A DNA stretch of 64,000 nt from Octopus vulgaris (taxonomy: Eukaryota). A model generated the notes under the pieces. The model did not search any database and was not told the DNA's origin. It saw only the letters and a list, made by a program, of their open reading frames with translations. The first letter of the stretch is position 1. Each line of letters begins with the position of its first letter. The stretch is from assembly GCA_951406725.2 (NCBI GenBank), contig OX597818.1, positions 47,802,001 through 47,866,000 on the forward strand, given 5' to 3'. A program made the translations under genes and the position numbers. Below are positions 12,691 to 25,040 of this stretch, piece by piece.

Positions 12691-13223
12691 AATAGGGCAG
12701 CCCGCATGACCTCCGTAAGCCTCCGAGACTAGTGAAACTGATGCGATGGATGTTCAGTTTGAACATATTTAAGCCAATGACTGCAGGAAAAGCATGGTTG
12801 GGAAGGGTATTAAAGAAGGCATTGCAAGGCAATTAGTGTAGTATCCGGTAAGGTGAGACATGATATAGGCGACAAGAGAAATAGAGACAAATGTGCGGTT
12901 GGAGCTGGACAGAAATGCTATGTAATTATCGAGGAACAGTGTCTTTCAGGACATACCCGTTTAAAGAAAATAACAGAATAAAGTAAAAAAAGAGTACCTT
13001 AAAAAGGGAATAAAATATTACAAAATATATTAAAAAATATTACAGAAAATATTATAAAATTTTTAAAAAATTTTAAAATAGAATTAAATCAAGGAATGAC
13101 AGAAAAAAAGAAGGGGAAAAATGGTGCAGTTTTATTTGTTTCCGAGTTTCCACCATTGATTTAGTAATATTTGTTTAGTTGTATTGATCTCTTTTGTTTT
13201 CTATTAAACCTTTTTTACTTCTT

Positions 13224-13276
<53 letters not shown>

Positions 13277-13649
13277 GGAGAGGGAGTGATCGAGCGTGCA
13301 GGTGTGCGTGTGTGTATGAATGATAGAATGTAAGACTGTGTGGTGCGGTGGCAGTAATAAGCTTTTAAATTTTGGTACAAGGTCAGCGGTTTTACAGGAG
13401 GAGATAAATTGACTACATTAACCCAAGCTTTCAGCTGGTACTTTATCGAGCCCCCCAAAGGATGACAGATAAAGTTGACGTTAGGAGAATTTGAACTCAA
13501 AACGTAAAGAACTGGAGCAATGTCGTTTAGTATTTTTCCCTTTTCGCTAACAATTTTGCTAGCTCACCGCCTTCATGTAGGCAGTAATGCAGACAATGTT
13601 AAAAGCTGGAAGCTTTCAATGTGGGTGTTAGGCTCCGGTAGGAGTGTGC

Positions 13650-13910
13650 ATTGTTACCTCTCCTTTTCACGAGAGATGGCAAACAGAAGGCTGAATTGGA
13701 TGTCAGAATCGCAGGTGCTAGCACAGTAATGCACCAGCTCCAACATTCAATCCTCAGAAGAGAGGTTGGCAAGAAAACCAAACTCGCCATCTTCAGCTCG
13801 GTTTTTGTGCCCCTTCTCTCATGAGTTCATGAATGTTGGGTAATAACTAAAAGGTTATGATCCCGGATACAAACAGCCGAAAAGGGGTTCCTCCGAAGGA
13901 TCACCGGTTA
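13650..13910 (+). mobile_element. RTE-clade LINE RT C-terminal fragment
   Basis: Translates to DGKQKAELDVRIAGASTVMHQL...KTKLAIFSSVFVPLL..HECWV...SRIQTAEKGFLRRITG with stops. Confidence 0.75.
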
Positions 13911-13911
13911 C

Positions 13912-15110
13912 TTGACTGGGTACGTAGCTCGGGTTGGGGTTGCCTTTTCCTCTTGTTCCTCCTTTCCACTGTCTTCCACATCTCGCCATTCTCCTTCATT
14001 TCTTCTGATTGTAAATCCTCCTCCACTTTCGCTGGTTCCCTGGGTTCCTCTTTAGTTCCCTGGGTTCCTCTTTGGTTCCCTGGGTTCCTTTTTGGTTCCC
14101 TAGGTTCCTCTTTGGTTCCCTGGGTTCCTTTTTGGTTCCCTAGGTTCCTCTTTGGTTCCCTTGGTTGATGAAGGGCAGTCCTCTCTGAGGTGACCACTCA
14201 GGCCACATTTAAAGCATCGAGGGATTCTGCCCTCCACCCTGACTCTCAGCACCGTGTCCTCAATTGTAACTGTCTCTGTCATACTTTGCAAGTTTTCTTG
14301 TGATCCCTGAATGATCATATCTAACGTTTGTCCTCTCCAATTTGTATTCTCAATCATAGTGGCCTGGAGAACTGCTATTTTATCCTCGTTGCCGAGAAGT
14401 ACAGCAGCCGCCATCAGGCCACATCTGTTTCGGGTGGAATCGCCTCTACCCTAACCCTGGAAGTTCATCTTCCATGGTATGTGGGTAGAAGTTCCATACT
14501 ATCAGTTCTTAAAGGTATTGCCGAGTACTGTCTTGCCTTGGCTGCCTCTCTGAGGCGAACCTCTACTGTACCAAATTTACTTCCCCTGGCAAAATATGTA
14601 ATATCTTGCCAGATTAGTTTCAAAGCCTTTCTATATTATCTGTTGGCATAATTTCAATTTTCTTCGCTTCTGTTGAATAAACTTTGTAGATAATCGTTTT
14701 TTCGTTCTTAACTTTCATGACTCCTTGAAGAGGGGACAACTTTACGTCGCCACCCTCTCTATTTAACATCTTCTTGTAACTCTTTAACTTCGTTAAATCC
14801 ACATCCTTATTCTGTACTTCCGCAACTTTTGTAAAAGTTTTTTTCTCTTCAATTTTCTTGTTCATTTCTTTAATACGTTTTACAAGTTCACCTTCCGAGG
14901 AAGATAGCCCCGAAGAGCTGCAATCCTTGTACAACATCATTTAAACAAGCCTCCAGAAAGTAGCAAAAACAGTTCACAACAATGTTCAAACGAACGCTAA
15001 CACAAAATTACAACACAAAACTTCAGCACAAAATTTACACGTCTTAACTGTATGAAAAATACCGGTAGAATAATTTACTAACAACCCGAGGCAGCGCCGG
15101 CGTCCTTTCA
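13912..15110 (-). mobile_element. Retroelement ORF1/gag-like remnant with CCHC zinc knuckle (L1/Tx1-like), frameshifted
   Basis: CFKCGLSGHLREDC in ORF 14100-14414; collinear ORF pieces 14620-14940 and 13901-14197; 9-nt-based tandem repeats at 14030-14165. Confidence 0.7.
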
Positions 15111-15124
15111 ACGATTAGCCGGAG

Positions 15125-15428
15125 ATGATTTTTAAAATGAGAATATCTGAAATAAACTCAACTGCTCTCATAAACGAGAATACTAAAAATGATTCCGACT
15201 GCTATAAAAAATTAAGTAAAAAACCGGAAAAATAATCCAGAAACCTTGTCTGGTCGGTACCCGATCAATCCCAAAATCTAATCAGTTCGTGCCAGTCACA
15301 AGGACAAATATCCCTGAAAGTTTCATCCGAATCCATCCCGCTGTTCTTGAGATATCTTGTCCACAGACAAACAAACATTCAAACACAACTGAAAACAATA
15401 CCTCCGTCTTAGCAAAGGCGGAAGTAAT
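15125..15428 (+). mobile_element. Helentron-associated non-autonomous element (HINE/DINE-like), 3' part
   Basis: GACAAACAAACA microsatellite followed by terminal hairpin ACCTCCGTC..GGCGGAAGT. Confidence 0.6.
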
Positions 15429-15521
15429 AATGACATTTTCTAACAAAATTCAAATGAAATACAGGGTGGGCCAAAAGTCACACACCAAAATATTCGACAT
15501 TTTATTTAAATTACGTTATTA

Positions 15522-15589
<68 letters not shown>

Positions 15590-16121
15590 TTTGTTCATCA
15601 TGCACAAGTACGTGTGTGTTCATCTTAATTTTATTTATTTTAATCAATTTTAGAAAACTTGAAGCATGTCTGACAATTACGGAGCGTATAGACCTTATTT
15701 TGCGAGCAACCTTTGGCCGATCATGTATATTTGATGTATATATTATTTGTACACATCTAAATATATTCAATAGTGTTCCACAAATAGAAACTTAAAGATA
15801 TTTTGAATGTTTGTTACGATTGAATTTGAATAAGTTTTGAATAAGTGGTAATTACAAAAAGAATATTTTAAATTTACGCATGATGACAAAACGTTCATAC
15901 AACATCACAACTCTTACTGATAAAACGACATCTGGATGGCTGAATCCTCTGTAGTTTGACTCGAGATCGTACAGTAAAACATTAAGAATTAACTTAGAGT
16001 ATGCAAAGTTTCAAGCAGGATAGAGATAAATAAAGGTTGACAATGAAATGTTTGAGAGAAAATATCCATCAGGTATGGATTACTCAAGGTATTGTCTTCT
16101 ACAGAAATACCCTATACGAAA

Positions 16122-16164
<43 letters not shown>

Positions 16165-16185
16165 CCTTATACAAAAAGAAACTCC

Positions 16186-16601
16186 GGATCTTTTCGGTTT
16201 GAACGGCAGTTTTTCTAGCGGTGTCAAATGAAATTGTCACCCATAATTATGACCCTAGTATCGATCTATTGCATTTCAATCTGTTTTAGGGTTAGGGTTA
16301 GGGGTGGGGGAAGGGTATCTTTTTTTTTCTTCACAAATGTAAATAAACCCAATCTGTTTCTTAAACGAGGGACATATTCATGCGGCACATAATGTTTTCA
16401 CCTCAATAGACGTCATTGATTGGTTGAAATTGCAGAAATTGAAGAAAAAAACAACAAATATCTTACAAACTATAGAATTTTCTCAATAAAGCCAAGAGAA
16501 AAAGATGTTTTATAAACACATTCTACCAGTATACGAATTTTAAAAGTGTTTAGTTACGTGGAAATTATTTTAAAAAACTGCCGTTCAAACCGAAAAGATC
16601 C
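16186..16601. mobile_element. Merlin-like MITE, 8-bp TSD
   Basis: TIR GGATCTTTTCGGTTTGAACGGCAGTTTT; TSD GAAACTCC on both sides; internal (TTAGGG)3. Confidence 0.9.
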
Positions 16602-17152
16602 GAAACTCCTGTAAAACAAGGCAATTTGATATATACAATATCAAAATACAAGAACTTTACCAAGTCATTGTTTTTTGTTAACAAAAGCCAAAATCTTTTT
16701 CATAGAAGGGAAATGTTAAAAACACCCGTTTAATTTTTATTTAAGATATAAAATATTTTCATTGCTTTAATATAACCAATTATCTTTTTACTTCAAATTA
16801 ATAGCAGTAATGATATGTTCAACTATTAAAGGTGTCAGAGAGTTTTAGATAGTAAGTAGAACATTTACTGCCATGCATGCTAAAGAACCGGAACTTAGGG
16901 GGGCATGGGTCCATGAGTCCTTTGTGGGGAAGCATATGGCAGTATATGGGGTTCCATTTCTTTGGTACACCACCCAGACTACGAGCACCTAAAATTGGCC
17001 CAGAGGACACTGTTTTGACTGGGTTCAACTCTCACCTTTTATTCTTCAGGAACGGACGAAATTAGTACAAGCAACGCAATATAGTAAACTGAATCGCTCG
17101 TGTCTTCTGTTCTATTAAACCTGGAGAGCGATGAATTCAATGCTAGGATTAA

Positions 17153-17460
17153 CCCCTTACCCGGCAGAAACGAATATATGCGTTTTGACCGAAATCGTTT
17201 TTTTCCATCTCTGGCGAGTTAACTCGTCAAAAGATAGACTCGCCAAAATCGACAGCAAACGAGTTCCTTCGTCTAAAAACGGGTTAACTCGTTTCTGCCC
17301 AATGCCGTAATTTAAAATCAATATTATTGAATTAAAATTCATAATAAATAAGGTTTGAAATATACCTCGAAATCACCATTCAAAACATAGTAAAATAAAA
17401 CTATTAAAAAATATGTCTGAAAAAATACATTTATTTTCAAAATAATTGTTGGGTAAGGGG
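17153..17460. mobile_element. piggyBac-type MITE
   Basis: TTAA TSD on both sides; TIR CCCCTTACCC. Confidence 0.85.
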
Positions 17461-17562
17461 TTAAATATATTTGGAGAAAGCTGTCCAGTCACAAACATCA
17501 CTGTTAAGAATGCTGTCATGTTAAAAAGGGTTTCGTACAGTCGTCTTTTGTTTTCAGTTGTG

Positions 17563-18199
17563 GGATCTTTTCCTTTTGAACGGCAGACAATTTCTAGTTA
17601 ACTAAACACTTTAAAACTTCGTATGCTGGTAGAATGTGTCAAAATAAAACATTTTTTTCTCTTGGCTTTCTTGAGAAAATTGTAATTTGTTTGTTTAACG
17701 TAGTTTAATTTTTCGAATTTTAACCAATCCTATGCTCTCTTTTGAGCTAAAATCATTTGATGCGGCTAAAACTGAGACAACATCCTGTAACTAACCCTAA
17801 ACCTCCCCCCTAACCCTAACCCGAACCCTAAATCTTTTTTTCTTAATTGTTAAATTAATTTAATTGTTACGCGTGTAAAAAAAACTAAAGCAATGGAATT
17901 AAATTAATTTAAGAATTAAGAAAAAAAATAGGGTTAGGGGGAGGTTTAGGGTTATTTACAGGATGTTGTCTCAGTTTTAGACGCAGCAAATGATTTTAGT
18001 TGAATGGAGGTAATCGATTGGTTAAAATTGCCGAAATGCTCAGATTTTCAGACGAAATATCTTACAAATTATAGAATTTTCTCAATAAAACCAAGAGAAA
18101 ATGATGTTTTATAAACACATTCTATCAGTATACGAAGTTTAAAAGTGTTTAGTTAACTAAAAATTGTGTTGACATCTGCCGTTCAAAAGGAAAATATCC
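17563..18199. mobile_element. Merlin-like MITE, largely palindromic, 8-bp TSD
   Basis: TIR GGATCTTTTCCTTTTGAACGGCAG; TSD CAGTTGTG at 17555-17562 and 18200-18207; CCCTAA/TTAGGG tracts in both arms. Confidence 0.9.
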
Positions 18200-18567
18200 C
18201 AGTTGTGTATCATAAGAGGGAGGGGTCCAGTTGGTATGTCGGTCGAGGGCTCGAGTAGCCAAGGAAGGTTCAGAGAATATCTGATGGGATGCTTCCTGAC
18301 AGGGAAAAAAATCCCAAATCTCACAGACTTCTTGAACTTTTAGAGGCATAATCTCTAACCAAGACCCAAAAGTAGTGTAGTTCTACTTTGCAAAATTTGT
18401 CCTAGAAGTCCCTATCTTAATCCCCCACCACCCTAAAAACCAATGTCGATATAATCCGGTATTTAATTAGTTTCTCGTGGGGTTAGTTTCTTTTACAAGA
18501 CTGTTACTCTTTAACCCTGTAATTTATACTTGTTCAGTGTTGGAATACAATTTGTAGTTTCCTTATT

Positions 18568-19592
18568 GAAAGGCAAAGTCGACCTCGGTGGAATTTGAAC
18601 TCAGAACGTAGCGGCAGACAAAATACCTATTTCTTTACTACCCACAAGGGGCTAAACACAGAGAGGACAAACAAGGACAGACAAACGGATTAAGTCGATT
18701 ATATCTACCCCAGTGCGTAGCTGGTTCTTAATTCATCGACCCCGAAAGGATGAAAGGCAATGTCGACCTCGGCGGAATTTGAACTCAGAACGTAACGGCA
18801 GACTAAATACCTTTTTTTTACTACCCACAAGGGGCTAAACACAGAGAGGACAAACAAGGCCAGACAAAGGGATTAAGTCGATTACATCGACCCCAGTGCG
18901 TAACTGGTTCTTAATTCATCGACCCCGAAAGGATGAAAGGCAAAGTCGACCTCGGCGGAATTTGAACTCAGAACGTAGCGGCAGACTAAATACCTTTTTT
19001 TTACTACCCACAAGGGGCTAAACACACAGAGGACAAAGAAGGACAGTCAAACGGATTAAGTCGATTATATCTACCCCAGTGCGTAACTGGTTCTTAATTC
19101 ATCGACCCCGAAAGGATGAAAGATAAAGTCGACCTCGGCGGAATTTGAACTCAGAACGTAAAGACAGACGAAATACCTTTTCTTTACTACCTACAAGGGG
19201 CTAAACACAGAGAGGACAAACAAGGACAGACACAGGGATTAAGGCGATTATATCTACCCCAGTGTGTAACTCGTTCTTAATTCATCGACCCCGAAAGGAT
19301 GAAAGGCAAAGTCGACCTCGGCGGAATTTGAACTCATAAAGTAAAGACAGACGAAATAGCTATTTCTTTACTACCCACAAAAGGCTATACACAGAGAGGA
19401 CAAACAAGGACAGACAAACGGATTAAGTCGATTATATCTACCTCAGTGCGTAACTGGTTCTTAATTCATCGACCCCGAAAGGATGAAAGGCAATGTCGAC
19501 CTCGGCGGAATTTGAACTCAGAACGTAACGGCAGACGAAATGCGGTTACGCATTTCGCCCGGCGTGCTAACGTTTCTGCCAGCTCACCGCCT
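18568..19592 (-). mobile_element. SINE family B tandem array (~5.5 units of ~183 bp)
   Basis: Units recur at about 18568, 18752, 18935, 19118, 19301 and 19485; a single intact head at the right end. Confidence 0.92.
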
Positions 19593-20112
19593 TTTAGCAT
19601 ATCAAATATTAAGATGTACACTTCTTTGTTTTATACTGAATAGAGAAGTTACCTCGGCCTGAGGACCTCAACAGAAAAGACAAACGAGACAGTAACAAGC
19701 CTTTTCCCGTTTATAGTCTGAGAAAGAAAAGATAGGCGTTGGCACACATAAAGGTATGGATAATTATTTAAGGAAATATCCTACTTTTAATATTATTCTT
19801 GACTCAAGGACTATAAATTTGAATATTAATTTTAATTAAAATGTTTTCTATATCTTAATGAATACACACACGTATGCACCCAGCTGCTAAAGAAATTCAT
19901 TAATTTCGTATGAGAATTATAGAAAATCGATCAATTCAGCTCTTAATTTATACTTAAGTAAAAAAAAAAAAAGAAAAAAAAAAAACAAATGTTGTTTCTT
20001 ATGATTATCGGTATTTGTAACAGCTGAATCCCACCAATGGCATCAAAATATCCCCCGAATCGAACCTTATATTCTTTCAAAAATTGTAGAACATATTGGA
20101 TAATACAGTTCT

Positions 20113-20294
20113 ATATTTAAGAGATGAGGAATTATGTACATTATTTACATTATTTACATTATTTACATTCGACGGATATTTGTCCTCATCTTGTTCGTTG
20201 GTAACACAACGTTTTGGTTGATATACCCTTCAGCCTTCTTCAGGTGTCTTGGGGAAATTTCGAACCTGGGTTCTCATTCCTAAGGAATTTTCGA

Positions 20295-20328
<34 letters not shown>

Positions 20329-20670
20329 ATTTTTGTTCAGGTCACTACTTGGAATCGAACTCGGAATCTTGGGGTTAGTAGCCCGCGTTCTTAACCACTA
20401 CGCCACGTCCCACGGGCACATGGCGTAGTGGTTAAGAGCGCGGGCTACTAACCACAAGACTCCAAGTTCGATTCCTAGCAGTGACCTGACCAATAACAAT
20501 AATAATTATAATAACAACATCGAAAAATACCTTAGGAATGAGAACCCTGGTTCGAAATTTCCCCAAGACACCTGAAGAAGGCTGGAAGGTATATCAGCCG
20601 AAACGTTGTGTTAACAACAAACAAGATGAGGACAAATATCCGTCGAATGTAAATAATGTAAATAATGTAT
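20113..20670. mobile_element. Head-to-head palindromic element: tRNA-like Pol III head + (AAT)n linker + hammerhead-bearing tail
   Basis: Arms ~20137-20410 and ~20413-20669 are reverse complements; A box TGGCGTAGTGG (20421), B box GTTCGATTCC (20466); hammerhead at 20567-20612. Confidence 0.85.
20567..20612 (+). ncRNA. Minimal type-I hammerhead ribozyme motif
   Basis: GACAC-CTGAAGA-A-GGCTG-loop-CAGCC-GAAAC-GTT-GTGTT; stem I GACAC/GTGTT, palindromic stem III ACGT; the left-arm copy is mutated (AAAAC). Confidence 0.75.
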
Positions 20671-21204
20671 ATTGGATAATGTAGTCTCAGATACATTGTA
20701 GGGATAAAAGATTGGATGGTCATGGCCGGACCGCCTTCGATCGCTGCTGACAGGTTTATGCGTTTGAACTGAAGAAACTCCATCCAAAAAATCCAAATTC
20801 CTGTATTCTGATCTCTAATCTCATTCTTCTCTCCTCCCTTCGCCTTTATCTCTCTTTTCCTCTCTTATCTCATACTTTTTTCGGTCTTCAATTTCTCTAT
20901 TACCATTTATGATTACGAGATCACATAGATACTTATTAATATGCAAACAGTATTTTCTTCAGCATATACTTCGTTCCATGTTTCCTTTTATCGACCATTT
21001 TAAAGGCATTTTAATGGTATCTTTTAGTTTAAGTAAACTGTATTCGACATAAAATTATATTCTGAGCTAAGTAAATCGTAAGTAGTTCAAAAGAGTATGG
21101 AAATATATATCCTCCCGCGCTTTTTGAAAGCACATCAATTTCACACACACACACACACAACACAGACACACACTCGCATGCACACACACACACACAAGAC
21201 ACTT

Positions 21205-21251
<47 letters not shown>

Positions 21252-22216
21252 CACTGAAAGATGTGTGCATTTATCTAAGCTCTTATCTCTCTCTCTCTCT
21301 CTGTATATATACTTCTATGTTCTGTACAAACACACATACATATACACATATATTCAAAATATACACGAACACATATAACGTACACACATACATATGTATA
21401 TCTGTTAATATATATTCATCGTATAAGTACAGATCGACGACATCACGCATCCATATATGTACCAACACACGCGTACATACACACACATGTGTGTGTTTAT
21501 CCCTCCCCAAGAACTGTACAACATCCTTTTTAGAACAAATAGTTCATTTAGAGTTTTCTGATTTTAATGGGTCCGCTCATTGGATGCTACAAGTATTGTA
21601 TGCGTGTAACGGTGTGTCTCTGTGTTAAAACACACAGTTATATCTATTGTGTATACAGGTACAGATATTTTCAGTGCTATTTACAGCAATGCAAGTGCTT
21701 TCTAAGTAGCAGGCTTACCCTAATTAGAAGCAATTGTATCAAGCCACTATACAACATTTTAAAATAATTTCGAAAACAGAATCTTAGCTAAGAGAGAATG
21801 ATCACTTCTGCAAACAGCAGAAAATTGACTATAATTAAAGGATAAACTAATAAAATAAAATAAAACAAATTTCTGGTAAATAATACAATGGAAAAAAAAA
21901 CTCTAAAAAGTTTAAATAGTCGGTTGTTTTATTCTGCGTATATAGTTTGTTTTTTTTTTAAAGATTAATTTTGTTAGTGGACAACCATACTGCATTATCT
22001 AAAGACAGCTGGGAGTTAGTTTATAGTCAATTATTATTTATTTATATCCCACATCATTTGAATGGTTGGAAAATACTATTACAATATATTCCCTAGGGGG
22101 ATTCTGTTGTGGTGGAGTTACTTGATGAAAGGAATTTGACTTTGTCAGAATTTTGGGTTGAGTCAGAAATCTCGACAACTAAAATTGAGACTGGAACAAA
22201 ATACTCAAACAAAACT

Positions 22217-22605
22217 ATCATCATCATCATTGTTCGACCGTGGTCGAGACAATGGAATTTACCATGCTACGCCAGACTTCACGGTCCATCATGGCATTAC
22301 GGAGGTCCTGTTGCTGGATGCCTGTATCCCTGGAGATTACATCAGGGTAGGAGAGTGTGAGCCCTCTGGTATTGCGAGTAGATGGCTTCCAGAGGAGAAG
22401 AGCAGAAATTATCTCTTTTTCAGCTCTACAACAATGTCCAGCAAACTGGACTCTCTTACCTTTCACAAGAGATGACACAGGTGGTAGTTTCCCATATATT
22501 TGCATTTTGGTTAGATGGCGCTTCCACGAGAGATTTTGAGCTCTCATAAGGAGGCGAGTGTAGGTTCCATCCAACCGCCTCTCAAGCTTCTTTGATAACG
22601 TCCAA
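22217..22605 (-). mobile_element. RTE/RTEX-like LINE 3' fragment with (TGA)n tail
   Basis: ORF 22227-22574 has RVQFAGHCCR, LLLWKP and MMDREVWR motifs. Confidence 0.8.
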
Positions 22606-23442
22606 AACTAAGCCGTTTTTGGCTTTTCAAGCTAAATAAGATATAAGGTGGGAAAGCATAGAAATGGTCCCTTTTTGAGCATATTGGTGAGTAAATAATT
22701 TTAAACTGGAAATTTGTGACTGTTGCGTTGTTGTTCTTGTTGATGTAACTCTTGCCAGAATAGTATTGATCAAGCATGAAGAGCTTGTGATTTCATAGGG
22801 GTTTTATTTATTTTTTTATTTTTATCTTTTGCTTGTTTCTGCCATTGGACTTCGGCCATGCTGGGGCACCGCCTTCAAGAGTTTAGTCGGAACAAATCGA
22901 TTCCGGTACTCCTTTTTTTCTTTTTAAAGCTTGTTACTTTTCGTATTTCTTTATTGTCCAAAAGGGGCTAAACGTAGAGGGGACAAACAAAGGGATTAAG
23001 TCGAGTGGTCGGGACAGCAGCGTTGATCTGTCTCAGGCAATACAACCAGTGATAGCCATTTTTTCTCCTGTAATCGACTGCATTTAACTATTTATGCCAA
23101 TAATAATTGGTGCACTTGGTTTTGTGAGTGAATACCAAAGTAGCAATCAAGAAATGCTAGGGTTTTCTAGAAAAGAAAAGAAAAAAAAAAAGAAAAATCA
23201 ACAAGCTAACACATATTACAAATACAGTCTGTAGGTGGAACAGTAAAAATATGCAAGAGTCTTCTCAAGTTCAAAATGGGAATTTGCTTTTTGTTATCTA
23301 CATCCGAACGATAAAACTTTGTATTTTTGTTAGAAACGAACTCCTTCCATACTGAAAGATTGTAATAATTAAAAAACGATGAGAATATGCCTACATATAC
23401 GTGTATTTGTGTGCGTGTACTTGTATGCATGTTTATATATAT

Positions 23443-23481
<39 letters not shown>

Positions 23482-23574
23482 CATATACATACATATGTGT
23501 GTGTGTGTGTGTAGATATATAAATATATATATATACATACGTACATAGACTTACATATAGATATATATTCGTTT

Positions 23575-23965
23575 ATTCTTTTACTTGTTTCAGTCATTTG
23601 ACTGCGGCCATGCTGCAGCATCGCCTTTAGTCGAGCAAATCGATCCCAGCACTTATTCTTTGTAAGCCTAATACTTATTCTATCATTCTCTTTTGCCGAC
23701 CCGCTAAGTTACGGGGACGCATACACACCAGTATCGACTGTCAAGCGATGCTTGTGAGGGACAAACAGAGACACACAAACATATATATACATATATATAT
23801 ATACAATGGGCTTCTTTCAGTTTCCGTCTACCAAATCTACCCACAAGGCTTTGATCGGCCCGAGGTTATAGTAGAAGACACTTGCCCAAGGTGCCTCGCA
23901 GTGGGACTGAACCCGGAACCATGTGGCTGGTAAGCAAGCTACTTACCACACAGCCACTCCTGCGC
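23575..23965 (-). mobile_element. SINE family A, full length
   Basis: Family match from head to tail. Confidence 0.88.
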
Positions 23966-24130
23966 GTGTATATATATATATATATATATATATATTTCTT
24001 TATTGCCCACAAGGAGCTAAACATAGAGGGGACAAACAAAGACAGACAAAGTGATTAAGTCGATTACATCGACCTCAGTGCGTAACTGGTACTTTATTTA
24101 TCGACCCCGAAATATATATATATATATATA

Positions 24131-24612
24131 CTCAATTTTTGGGGAGTAATATTAATCGATATGCGGGTATTCTATTTCAGATAATGCAAAAATAACTTAA
24201 TAAGTATATCTTACAGTAAACCCATGGTATCAGTTTGCACATCACGAAATATTACTTAAAGGATATAACCAAAATTTCCAGCTAGGTATATAATGTACTT
24301 CATTAATTATATCATACTTTAGTTAATGAAATACATTATATACCCAGCTGGAACTTTTGTTTATATCCTTTAAGTATTATTTCGTGATGTGCAAACTGAT
24401 ATCATGAGTTTACTGTAAGATATACTTATTAAGTTATTTTTGTATTATATGAAACGGAATACCCGCATATCGATTAATCCCCCAAAACTGGATATTGACT
24501 TTTATCAGATATTTTGTATATTTATAGATAAATGTATAAATATACGATATGTAGATGCATATGATACTGTAGGGTTACACCTGATTGATTTGGAAAATTG
24601 TTTTCCCAAATT
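24131..24612 (+). mobile_element. Fold-back element (arms ~170 bp) with 3' extension, between (TA)n tracts
   Basis: ~24135-24308 is an imperfect reverse complement of ~24321-24489. Confidence 0.75.
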
Positions 24613-24642
24613 ATATATATATATATATATATATATAATTTG

Positions 24643-25040
24643 GGCGCAGGAGTGGCTGTGTGGTAAGTAGCTTGCTTACCAACCACATGGTTACGGGTTC
24701 AGTCCCACTGCGTGGCACTTTGGGCAAGTGTCTTCTACTATAGCCTCGGGCCGACCAAAGCCTTGTGAGTGGATTTGGTAGACGGAAACTTAAAGAAGCC
24801 AGTCGTATATATGTATATATATGTATGTGCGTGTATGTTTGTGTGTCTGTGTTTGTCCCCCTAGCATTGCTTGACAACCGATGCTGGTGTGTTTATGTCC
24901 CCGTCACTTAGCGGTTCGGCAAAAGAGACCGATAGAATAAGTACTGGGCTTACAAAGAATAAGTCCCGGTGTCGAGTTGCTCGACTAAAGGTGGTGCACC
25001 AACATGGCCGCAGTCAAAATGACTGAAACAAGTAAAAAAA
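24643..25040 (+). mobile_element. SINE family A, full length
   Basis: Family match. Confidence 0.9.

Noticed and set aside
15460-15500. Tc1/mariner-like TIR (TACAGGGTGGGCCAAAAGT); a similar lone end occurs at ~10517
   Set aside because: No matching opposite end found, so no element could be delimited
16286-16310. Telomere
   Set aside because: Only about three TTAGGG units, internal to a MITE
18568-19592. Regular array that could be mistaken for CRISPR
   Set aside because: Whole ~183-bp units repeat with no unique spacers; it is a SINE concatemer in eukaryotic DNA
20413-20486. tRNA gene
   Set aside because: Has A and B boxes but imperfect cloverleaf stems and no T-run terminator, and is embedded in a repeat; treated as a tRNA-derived head, as for SINE A-C heads
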